64,000 nucleotides of DNA from Epithemia pelagica (GCA_946965045.2 OX337229.1:2170001-2234000), one strand, 5' to 3'; positions 11,451 through 20,917 are shown, numbered from the stretch's first letter. The notes: generated by a model from the letters alone, not told the origin. Numbers and translations: made by a program.

Positions 11451-11658
11451 GATGGAAGGTTGTGGTTGTCTCCATTGATAGTGCCATCTGATACAGCTTT
11501 TATCTCTTCTGTCTGTGTGTCTCCTCGGTGAACGAAAGATAGCTTGAATCTTTCCTTTTGTTTCGTGATCTGAAATTGGTGCAGCGGCGGTCATCTCGTC
11601 ATTGGACACGCTTTCCCAACAACACCATGTCTTCCTTTCGTTCGGCCTCAATTCCCAG

Positions 11659-12295
11659 TGTCGATCGCGGCAAACAATCGATTGAAACCATTTGTTTGCT
11701 CTTGGCCTACAAGATCCAATATCCACTCAACTTTTTTATACTACGAGGCAATCACGAAAGTGCCGGTATCAATCGCATTTATGGATTTTACGACGAATGC
11801 AAACGGCGGTATTCCATCAAATTGTGGAAAGTCTTTTCCGATGTCTTTAATTGTCTGCCCGCCGCCGCTGTGATTGACGAACGAATCTTGTGCATGCATG
11901 GCGGGTTGTCTCCTCAATTGCAAGAATTGGACCAGATCGCCGACCTTGAACGACCCTGCGATGTTCCCGATTCCGGATTGTTGTGTGATTTGTTGTGGAG
12001 TGATCCCGATGCTCCCAATTATTGTGGCGAATTTGACAATGCCGGCGGCATGATTACCATTGCACACGATTTAACCTGTTCCTTTCAAATCCTCAAACCC
12101 AGTCATTCTCGTCACAACCCATCTCTGGCTGCAGCAACCACTGCAACATCGCGAGGAGAAGGAACGCGACGTCCAAATCCCAGAGAGCATAAAAAGGACT
12201 CCACCAAGACCACTCCGACAAGCAGTAGCAGTGTCGAACCATCCTCCGTGTCCAGTCGAACCATGGGCAGTGGTCTTCTTCGCAGCACCTTTTGA
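11659..12295 (+). pseudogene. PP1: Ser/Thr protein phosphatase 1 catalytic-subunit fragment, 5'-truncated and internally deleted
   Basis: [65 protein letters not shown]; GDIHG exon absent; putative acceptor TTCCCAG at 11652-11658. Confidence 0.92.
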
Positions 12296-12439
12296 GCACA
12301 TTTACTTTAGGGGCGAGGGCTTTGTTTTGCATCCCCACCATTGGAGCAAGGTTATCGTGTCCCTGGAAAGCTTTGTCGAGAGATGAAATTCATGGTTCAT
12401 CCTGCGTCGAAAGCATCCCAGCTTGCGGTCGAAAAGGTT

Positions 12440-12800
12440 TCTGGGCGACCAGTTGGTGGTGGGCATCGAAGTGAATCCACCCCCTTGTGCGACCGTGCAC
12501 TAGTGTCGGAAACGGGCAACTGCCCTTATTGCACAGACCGACAAGAAATTTGTATCCTGCTGGAGTAGAAACTCCACGGTTTGTGCCGTGGTGGATGGAC
12601 CTTTCGGTCCATTAGCAGCGATCATAATTTCTAATTTAAGCTCTGGGACCCTTTCGTAGTATTCTCCACGCCCAACTGCTCCGTATTTCGTTGCGAAAAG
12701 GAATGCTTTGTATGCTTGATGCGACTTGGACTCCACTCGATGGTGAGATTGTCGTTCTCGATAGTGTTGCCAAGGCACCCACTCCGGAAGGCTCACTCCA
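12440..12800 (-). pseudogene. Possible degenerate ankyrin-like gene fragment
   Basis: TVEFLLQQDTNFLSVC then, after a frameshift, GQLPV; weak resemblance only. Confidence 0.25.
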
Positions 12801-13471
12801 AGTCGGAAGCACCACCATTCAGTGATCTTGATCTCCTACGAGCATAAACTCCCTTGTCTTTTTGGAGAGGGAAACAACACATTCAAAATGATTGGAAGAA
12901 GCGATCATTCATTCCTATCGTGCCCTTAAAAGAATTGAAGGATGGCACCCAGTACCACCAGGCCACCGGACAACCAGGCATAGTATTGTTTCCATTGGAT
13001 GGCTTCTTGTTGCTGTTCTTGGACTTGTCGCATTTCTTGTAATGTTTGTTGTAATTGTTGTTGCAAGTTCTCTCGTTCTTGTTTGGCTTGTTCATTCCCC
13101 TGCAATACTTGTTGCTGTAACTGCCCTCGTTCCACCCGACCGGCTTCCTGGGCGTTTCGTATTTCGTCTTGCAAGGCTTGCTTTTCCTGGTTCAGTCGAT
13201 GTTGTTGTTGTTGATACTGTTTCAATTGTTCGGATTGTTGTTGTTGTAATTGCGCTCGTTCTGTCCGACTTGTTTCCTGGGAGCTGGGGTAATCCTGAGC
13301 AGCTCGCTGTCATTCCAGGCAAAGTCTGACTACAAAGCGGAACACGACCAGAACGCTTAATCGATGTACTATAGCATAAACTATGAACATGGACAAATAG
13401 AGAACTAATAGAAAGATTTAGGCCCACCACCACCCGGTTTTTGCAACCGCCCCAAATCATACTACATTAAT

Positions 13472-14616
13472 TTACAGACGCACCATCTTGTGCTTCATGC
13501 CGCCTTCAAATTGTGCGTCCGGCTCATGTAGGGAAATCAACAACGCTCTGAATCCGTTTGTTGTGTCGTACATAAATTCGTAGTCGAACCTGCTTTGGAC
13601 CATGAAAGGAAGAGAAAGAGAAAACTTTGACCTGACAAAGTCTGTTTCTCTTTTTAGCATCTGATTCATGGCGTCTTCCAAAGCAAGTTTCATTCGTAGG
13701 TTTTTCTCCTCGACATGCCACTCTCTGTGCATGTGTTGGGTTAGATAATGGATATGAGTTGCGTTGTCAGGCCAAATTACCTTCACATGTACCTGTAGCT
13801 GGCTCGGATCCACTTCAATCAAGCAATTTGTTGTGTCTTCATGTGCAATACCTGTAGGCAACACCACCAAAATCACCAAATGACGCTGTTTCTTGTCGTC
13901 GACCCACTGTGTCAAGACATGAGGAGGCTCCCAATTCCTCATCATGTCATTACCACTGTCTTCTTCATTCGTCTTTTTCCTCTTTTGTTGTAGTTGTACC
14001 TGTAGTGTCTCCTGTAATGGCATGGATCCTGCCGCCCTTTTCTTCACCATAGCATCGTCACTGACAACAGACTCAGGAGCGACCTTGGCAGCAACACCTG
14101 GTCATAAAAGACAATAAACCACAACAGGTAAGGACAGTGACTCAACAATCAAACAAACTGTGTACACTGGCACTTACCTTGTCCTTTGGACGACCCAAAC
14201 AAAGAAGGAGCTGGTTTGAGATCTCCATCATTGGGGTTCCTTACCTTTCCATCCATAGATGGGGCCGTCTCACCACGACCCAACAACTCATGACCAGTCT
14301 CTCTCTCATGTTGATCCTTCAAGTGGACTTGGTATTTTCTTTTGGCTTTGTTGAGTGCCGACCTGAATGATTCCAATTTGTACTTTTGGAAAACAGCGTG
14401 TTCCAACCACACAGATTTGGGTGTGGCGCTCTCCAGAATCAAGCCTTCTGACACGATTTTGTCAAGGAATTCGGCATCTGTTGACTTTGAATTCCACGAA
14501 AGTAGGGCACCCTCGCCCAAACTGTTGCGGCCAGACCTGGTCATCGGAGTATAGGTACTATTAGTACGTAAAACAGAAGCGCGAGGGAGTGCGAAACCAG
14601 ACTGGTCTGTTCGCAC
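13472..14616 (-). CDS. PHIS accessory ORF2, two exons (14616-14178, 14097-13472), ~330-354 aa; helical DNA-binding-like N-terminus plus HSP20/alpha-crystallin-like C-terminus
   Basis: 80-nt GTAAGT...CAG intron (14177-14098, phase 1) joins the 155-aa and 192-aa ORFs in frame; the domain calls are by pattern only. Confidence 0.75.
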
Positions 14617-14737
14617 GAAAACTAATTATGACCCTAAAAACAGTTCACCAAAATCCGGACTGGGTCGGTTTTCATCATGGACTCCATTTTTCAATCGAGG
14701 AGGCCATGCCTAATTTGGCTCCAATTCTGAAAGTAGT

Positions 14738-14960
14738 GCGACCCACGTATTGCCCTTACCTTGGGTCAACCGTGGGTCGTTCGTCCAAGTGAATTGGGCA
14801 CTTATAAGGTGTCCTGGGTCGGTTTTAAAAAAACGAGCTGGGTCGATTTTTTCGAGCCAGGTAGTTTTTTCAAAACCGACCCAGGACACTTTCTAGTGGT
14901 TCAAATGATATAATCAAGCGACCCACAGTTAACCCAAGATAAGGGCAATATGTGGGTCGC
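14738..14960. promoter_or_regulatory. Nested palindrome between the divergent PHIS genes
   Basis: 43-bp arms 14738-14780 / 14918-14960 (5 mismatches); perfect 18-bp inner IR 14809-14826 / 14872-14889; repeated GGGTCG. Function inferred from position only. Confidence 0.6.
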
Positions 14961-15300
14961 TTAAGATGTAGAAAGTAATAGGATGTTGGCGAGGTAGGGC
15001 CATTCAGAAATTCCAGTTTTTGAATGAAAACGATTTTTGAATCGATTTCTGCACCGTTCCAGGCCGGTTCCAATGACCGGACACGAATTCGAATTGGTCA
15101 CTATATGTAGAACAGTACAAAGTTTAGTGTCGCTGCTCAACTGACCAGCCAATCAAATGAACGTGATGAAATTCCAAAAAACCTGTTCCAATGAACTGAC
15201 AGTACTACACACAGACAGACCGAGATCAAAGTAAAGGTGTGGTCAGCATCGCGACACACACTGAGCAAACATAAATTTTCCAAAGCGGTTTTCTCCCACC

Positions 15301-16239
15301 ATGTTGGTGACACAACGAACATTCATCAACTTGGCTCTGCCAATGCTTGGTAGAGCAAGACACTCACACACACTTGATTTCTCACGTGCTTTTCGTTCTT
15401 ACTTTGGAATGTCTCCTTTGCTCTGTGTTCATGTGTGGGATGAACTGGACAGTTCATTGCCCAAAGGTGCATCGCCTCGTCATTTGTTGTGGACACTGGC
15501 TTTTCTGAAAGTCTATGCTACAGAGGATGTTATGGTCTCAATAGCCAAAACAACGAGGAAGACCTACAGGAAGTGGGTCAAAGTGTTTGTAAATTTGTTG
15601 TATAGTGGTCTTAATTATGTAAGTACATGGCCCTACATGAATTTGCCATGAAGTCGTCCTCCTCATATCTGACCATTGCTGTTGTTCTTATAACAGGTTG
15701 TATGGGACAATAGGTTTGATTGTTGTGTACCTGGACAGGTCTGTTTCATTAGTTTGGATGGTACTGACTTCAGGATTTTGGAGCCGTCACCTTTTGATCC
15801 AAAATGGTACTCGCACAAGTTTAAGGGAGCAGGTGTGAGGTATGAGGTGGGAATCTGCCTGAAAACTGGCTGGATAGTGTGGTGGAATGGTGCATTCCCT
15901 TGTGGCGCTTGGCCAGACCTACGGATTGCCAGAGACTGGCTTGTTCAAGAGCTACTACCGAATGAGAAAGTGATTGCTGATGGTGGTTACAACGATTCTG
16001 GATGCTACTTTGTCACACCTACTGGAAGAAATGACTATCAAGACAAGATGATGGCTGATGCCAGGGCGAGACATGAAACTGTCAACAATTTACTGAAACA
16101 TTACAATATCTTAAAGGAGAAATACAGAGGAGATCTGGATGGGCATCACAAGGTGTTTGGAGCAGTGGTGAATCTGGTTCAGATGAAGATTGAAAATGGT
16201 GAGGCGAAAGTGTTTCAGATCGAAGTGGAAGATGACTAG
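15301..16239 (+). CDS. PHIS/Harbinger DDE transposase, two exons (15301-15618, 15697-16239)
   Basis: 78-nt GTAAGT...CAG phase-0 intron; HLLWTLAFLK helix region; LDGTD, IADGGY, RARHETVN (D-D-E). Confidence 0.92.
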
Positions 16240-17330
16240 CAGTACAAATATGTAGCGGTTATGAACCGGGTGGTGGTGGGTTTTAATAGTACTAGCAGTC
16301 AGTATATCATCTTTTGTCGCTAGAGTGTTCTTTATACAGAAAAAGCGTTCGGTAACTCCTATAGGTCACAGTCAGTATCTGACTGGTAAGGTAGCGACCT
16401 GCTCAGGATTACCCCATCTCCCTGAGCCTTTCGCATTTCCTCTTGCAAGTTTTGCTTTTCTAGAACGAGTAGCGCTTGTTGCTGTCGATGCTGTTCCAAT
16501 TGATCCGAAACTTGTTGTTGCAATTTCGTTCGTTCCGTCTGACCGGTTTCCCGAACCGTTTGCATTTCGTCGTGCAAGCCTTTCTTTTCCTGAACCAGTC
16601 GTTCCTACCTGACAAGATTGCTTGAGTGTTGTTGTTGTGCCTGTCGGTTTGCCAAAGGAGTTTCGTAGGAGAAATTCGCAACTATAGCATCAATACCACC
16701 TGCGGCAACGGAGGAAGGAGGGCGAAACAACGTGATACCGGGGGTTGAGGAGGAATGGGCCTGGGATGTAGGAGTGTTGTTGGTTTTGGCGATGCCAGTA
16801 TCAAAACCTGCTCTTGCAGATGCCACCGGCTGACTTGGGTCCACCTGAGCTTCATAGGCTTGTCGGGTTTGCTTCTGAGAAAGCTTCCGACGTTTATGTC
16901 AAGAAGAAGACATGATGTAGGTCGATTTGATACCTCTGCACCTCCACCACCGTAATGGATGCGTGGAGGTAGAATGAAATTTGTATCAATGTCGAGAGCG
17001 ACCAGGTCGAGCCAAGGGGGTGAGTATACGGATGCACATCGTGCATCCAATCACGCGTGACTGACTCACCCCTGCTTGGGGGTACCAAGAACCTATGACA
17101 CATGACCCTTGGCAGGACCGAACATTTCACGTAGACCTATCGTAGTAATCAACACACAATCTAACAATATCACCATTTATCACATCTTCTTTTGTGTCCC
17201 GACTATCCTTTTGATAGACTACGATTTGCTTGCTTCTCTGACCCTGAGAAGCTTGTATCGGTTGGTGACCTACCTGATTGTCTGCTCTACCGAGCATCAA
17301 TGTCCCTACGATTCAGAAAGAATTGTAACA

Positions 17331-17344
17331 GATTAACAGTCTCA
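17331..17344 (+). promoter_or_regulatory. Primer-binding site GATTAACAGTCTCA (copia 1)
   Basis: Directly after the LTR-terminal CA; identical 14-mer in copia 2 at 58891-58904. Confidence 0.85.
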
Positions 17345-17366
17345 AAGCTTATTTCCTTGTGGTTTC

Positions 17367-18146
17367 ATGGATACTAACGAGCTTATCACTCCTGTACGAC
17401 AGATCTATCGAGCCAACCTGCATCCCGGGCAGCCCGATACCCTGGTGCAGCAGGAACTGGTGCCGACGCCGAAGGCAGCCAACACATCGGTCAACATCTC
17501 CGTCGACAGTTCCAACAGCAACCCATTCGAGACTCCAACCCAGCCTCACGCTCCGATCCCTGCGCCGTTGCTTCGGCCCCCGAATCCGCCTCGTCGGCTC
17601 GTCCCTTCTCGATCCCGTCGTACCACCCGGTTGATTGCTGATCATATCAAGTACTTCCGTCAACCAACTTCTTCGACCTTCGATCCCGAGATCATCCGTG
17701 GGGAGACCCAGATCGAACGCCAGTTCCAATCGGTGACCCACATCGTCGACCAAGAAGACATTGACCGTCTGAACGACCAACTTCATCGTTCTCCGAGGCG
17801 TCGCCTCATCTTGGCCGCCCTCTCGGGCAACCCCATCCGTACTGTCCACCTCCGCTTCCTAACCTTCGAGCGCCCAACTGGATACTACAATACCATCTAC
17901 GTCGTGAACGCGACGACTTGCCCTCTGCCTCCTAACGTTGTGCGCCTAGATAACTACGTTGCCTACATCCACGAGGTCCATACCATCGAGGACCATCGTG
18001 CAACTATCTTCCCTTTGCGTACCGAGGTCGAGAGCCACTTGGCTGAAGGTGATACCCCTTCTTCTGTTGCTTGTGCTGCCCCATCTGAGCCTGGAAACGA
18101 CTCTGATTATTCGGAAGAGAGTGGAGATTCGGAGACCGAAGCTTAA
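17367..18146 (+). CDS. Extra upstream ORF (259 aa) between PBS and gag, unknown function
   Basis: ATG 23 bp after the PBS, uninterrupted, Pro-rich N-terminus, acidic C-terminus. Confidence 0.6.
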   Translation: MDTNELITPVRQIYRANLHPGQPDTLVQQELVPTPKAANTSVNISVDSSNSNPFETPTQPHAPIPAPLLRPPNPPRRLVPSRSRRTTRLIADHIKYFRQPTSSTFDPEIIRGETQIERQFQSVTHIVDQEDIDRLNDQLHRSPRRRLILAALSGNPIRTVHLRFLTFERPTGYYNTIYVVNATTCPLPPNVVRLDNYVAYIHEVHTIEDHRATIFPLRTEVESHLAEGDTPSSVACAAPSEPGNDSDYSEESGDSETEA

Positions 18147-18466
18147 TTACTCATAGTTAACTCCCGTCCTCTCAAAACCTTTCCAAGACTTAAACTCAAC
18201 GCACATCCGGGTACCCTTGGTCGCACAACACGCCACACATTCCCGTCAAATCGCGAAAATTCGGCGAAAATTTGTTGAAACTCGGTGAAAATTTGTCGGA
18301 ATCAACGGAAATTTCCAGGAGTCGCACATCACAACACACATCCGGGTATCACATACGTGGTACATACGTGGCACACGTGGTACATCCGGGTTCACATCAC
18401 ATCACACATTAAATAAACCACATCACACCGCACATTAAATAAACATCGAACCAACCAAATAACACC

Positions 18467-20917
18467 ATGGATCCTCAATCACCCAAGACACCTACGACTC
18501 CTAAGGGAGAAGATAACCAAGACAATGTCTCGAACACAGACCTATTCGACCACATCATATTTACTGTCTGCCAATTCTTTACCAAAGAAAGGGCCGACTA
18601 CTTAATGAAGTGGATGAAATACCATGGTTTTGAGAACATTACCCAAGTTCCAGTCTCGCCAATGAAGTCACTGTCATCTGTGAAATCTGTCAGCACAGTT
18701 ACTGCCGCATCCCAATCTCAACAAGACCTTACAGCATTCAGAAAGGGAACTAAGCGCGACGCAACTGCATATGAGGTATTCAAGGATGAACGATACTACG
18801 ATTCATTCTGGCGTGTATTCAAGACTACAGCTAAGGCTCAAGGCCTATCCAACGTTCTGAATTTCAAATACACACCACCCCATGATGATGAGTATGCCGA
18901 AGAACTTTTTCAAGAGCAACAAGTATTTCTTTACTCCGTTCTTGTCCGTATCATTCAGACTGACCAAGGTCGAGCCTATGTACGTGAACATGAACATGAT
19001 GAAGATGCGCGTGCCGTATTGCAGAAGTTACACTCTTTGCATACCGAATCCGACCTAGCAAAACGAGAAGTCCTCCGTTTAACCAACTACATTTCCAATC
19101 TACGTCTTGACGACACATGGCGCGGAACAACACGTCAATTTCTTCTACACTTTCAAGAGCAGCTACGTTTGCTAGACAATCTAGTGACATTGTCTGATCG
19201 CATCCCTGATCATACCAGGATGACCTTCCTCATGCAAGCTGTAGAAAAGGTACCTGATCTCCGCCGAGTCAAGATCTTGGATAATGTGGTGAACACCAAA
19301 TCCGGTGCAAAATCCCTTTGCTATCAATCATACTTCCGTCTCCTTCTAGACGCAGCTTATGACCATGATCAAGCAACCCAGTCATCTGTTCATAGTCGCC
19401 GTCGACATGTCAAACAACATGAATCACTATATGGCCAAGATACAGATGCTGACATAACCTCACAAGATGATATGGAGTATCATGTCCACAACACCAAAGC
19501 GACATCTGAATCTCCATCCTCTTCGTCCAAGGTTAGTCTACCGCGTGACCTATGGTTCAAACTTTCTGAAGAAGATCGCAAGTTGATCATTGAGTATAAC
19601 AAGATGATTCAAGCACCTACATCAACAACACCGAGGAAAGTGCAAACACATGCCCTTGACATTGATCCGGAACCTGATCCTGACCCCAACCAAGTTGCAT
19701 CTGATGACGACTCACCTGGCGTAGTCCCTGAGCATCCAGATGATTCAGATCCGGTAACACAATTTATCAACCAAGCCATGACGACTGATATCAATCACCC
19801 GGCAACTGACCTGACTAGTGTTCTTTCTAACGCCAAGTCCAAGACGAGCAAGAAGGTTACTTTCAAAGCCAACATGCATAAACAAGCAGGACATGTTCCA
19901 GGCTATTTGTTTTCCAGGAAATCTACTTTACCAGGAAATCAATTGATTGACCGTGGTGCTAATGGAGGACTTGCTGGTTCTGACATGCGCATCCTTTCTA
20001 AGACTGGCCGCCATATCACTATTGTGGGTATTGATAACCATGAACTTACTGGACTTCCTGTCGTCACATGTGCCGCAAAGTTTGAGACCAATGATGGACC
20101 TATTGTCGGCATCTTCAATGAATATGCTTATTATGGAAAGGGCTTATCTATCCATGCTCCTGGTCAATTCGAGCATTTCGGACTTGCTGTTGATGAACGA
20201 TCTGTTAAAGTTGATGGTAAACAACGCATCACTACACTTGATGGTCGTGCTATACCCCTTCACATCAAGGATGGGTTAGCCTACATCCACTCCTTGGGTA
20301 TCCCCAGCGACGATGACATGAATACCTTACCTCAGATCATCTTCACGTCACCCGACACATGGGATCCTGGTGTTCTGGACCATTCGTATTCTCCCACACC
20401 CTCTGACAATGATCCTGATTGGAAACACGTCAAGACTGATTGTAGTATGTCGAACCATCCATACGGCAACTATGGGGAGTCCACTGATCTTTCGACACCA
20501 GATAGCTCTCCTACCCCCGAGATTCGATACAGAGATGCTTCACCTCGGTCTATGGCTCCCCCAGATTATTTGGTATCTCTTGGTGACCAATATGAGCACG
20601 AAGGGTCCACTTTCCAAGTCTCTGTCTATTTCCCACCGTCCGACAAGAAACAATATGTTCTTCGTGACAAATACGACGAATCAATTTTCACCATGAATGA
20701 TCCTGAGAGATACGACCAAATCGGAGGAATAGAGGGTATGGAATACGTAGGGACACTACTTCCCTCAAAATCTTGGTCCATCGGCTGTGTTGTTGTTGGT
20801 GGTGATCGATTCAAGCCGGACATACAGGACGGAATTCAGGAAATGGATTTCCATATGGACATTCCTTTCATTGCAAGTCTCGTGGAAGCAAACAGTCTCG
20901 TTCAAGCAGACAAGTAG
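18467..20917 (+). CDS. Copia (CoDi-like) Gag-protease truncated before integrase and fused in frame to a foreign ~145-aa C-terminus
   Basis: FRKGTKRD..AY, LIDRGANGGLAGSD (protease), PDTWDPGVLD; no integrase or RT; sequence after ~20490 is not copia-like. Confidence 0.85.
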   Translation: MDPQSPKTPTTPKGEDNQDNVSNTDLFDHIIFTVCQFFTKERADYLMKWMKYHGFENITQVPVSPMKSLSSVKSVSTVTAASQSQQDLTAFRKGTKRDATAYEVFKDERYYDSFWRVFKTTAKAQGLSNVLNFKYTPPHDDEYAEELFQEQQVFLYSVLVRIIQTDQGRAYVREHEHDEDARAVLQKLHSLHTESDLAKREVLRLTNYISNLRLDDTWRGTTRQFLLHFQEQLRLLDNLVTLSDRIPDHTRMTFLMQAVEKVPDLRRVKILDNVVNTKSGAKSLCYQSYFRLLLDAAYDHDQATQSSVHSRRRHVKQHESLYGQDTDADITSQDDMEYHVHNTKATSESPSSSSKVSLPRDLWFKLSEEDRKLIIEYNKMIQAPTSTTPRKVQTHALDIDPEPDPDPNQVASDDDSPGVVPEHPDDSDPVTQFINQAMTTDINHPATDLTSVLSNAKSKTSKKVTFKANMHKQAGHVPGYLFSRKSTLPGNQLIDRGANGGLAGSDMRILSKTGRHITIVGIDNHELTGLPVVTCAAKFETNDGPIVGIFNEYAYYGKGLSIHAPGQFEHFGLAVDERSVKVDGKQRITTLDGRAIPLHIKDGLAYIHSLGIPSDDDMNTLPQIIFTSPDTWDPGVLDHSYSPTPSDNDPDWKHVKTDCSMSNHPYGNYGESTDLSTPDSSPTPEIRYRDASPRSMAPPDYLVSLGDQYEHEGSTFQVSVYFPPSDKKQYVLRDKYDESIFTMNDPERYDQIGGIEGMEYVGTLLPSKSWSIGCVVVGGDRFKPDIQDGIQEMDFHMDIPFIASLVEANSLVQADK

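Larger units (their letters stand above)
13280..16421 (+). mobile_element. PHIS (PIF/Harbinger-type) transposon, 3142 bp, two divergent genes, apparently intact
   Basis: 29-bp TIRs GGAG(C/A)TGGGGTAATCCTGAGCAG(C/G)TCGCT; TSD CTG at 13277-13279 and 16422-16424; subterminal inverted copies of CCCACCACCACCCGGTT. Confidence 0.93.
12926..16913 (-). pseudogene. Coiled-coil, tail-anchored protein gene (~280 aa) split by the PHIS element: 16913-16422 plus 13276-12926
   Basis: Removing 13277-16421 restores one frame: MSSS*HKRRKLSQKQ...LVR*ERLVQEK...EEMRKAQ|ETSRTERAQLQ...LGAILQFF; ~43-aa repeat; internal stops at 16899-16901 and 16605-16607. Confidence 0.8.
10961..17084. mobile_element. Pack-MULE-like non-autonomous element carrying gene fragments
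   Basis: TIRs 10961-11109 and 16948-17084 (first 22 bp TACCCCCAAGCAGGGGTGAGTC identical, further blocks of 25 and 17 bp); TSD CCAAGAACCC (10951-10960) / CCAAGAACCT (17085-17094); no MULE transposase inside. Confidence 0.85.
10865..17330 (+). repeat. 5' LTR of copia element 1 (~332 bp: 10865-10960 plus 17095-17330), split by an insertion
   Basis: Begins TGTTGAC, ends GTAACA immediately before the PBS; the halves join at the duplicated CCAAGAACC(C/T). Confidence 0.7.

Noticed and set aside
17331-17344. tRNA-Asn gene
   Set aside because: Only a 14-nt complement of the anticodon arm; no acceptor, D or T arms.
17349-17849. 166-aa antisense ORF in the copia leader
   Set aside because: Fully overlaps the 259-aa sense ORF in a GC-rich stretch; no motif.
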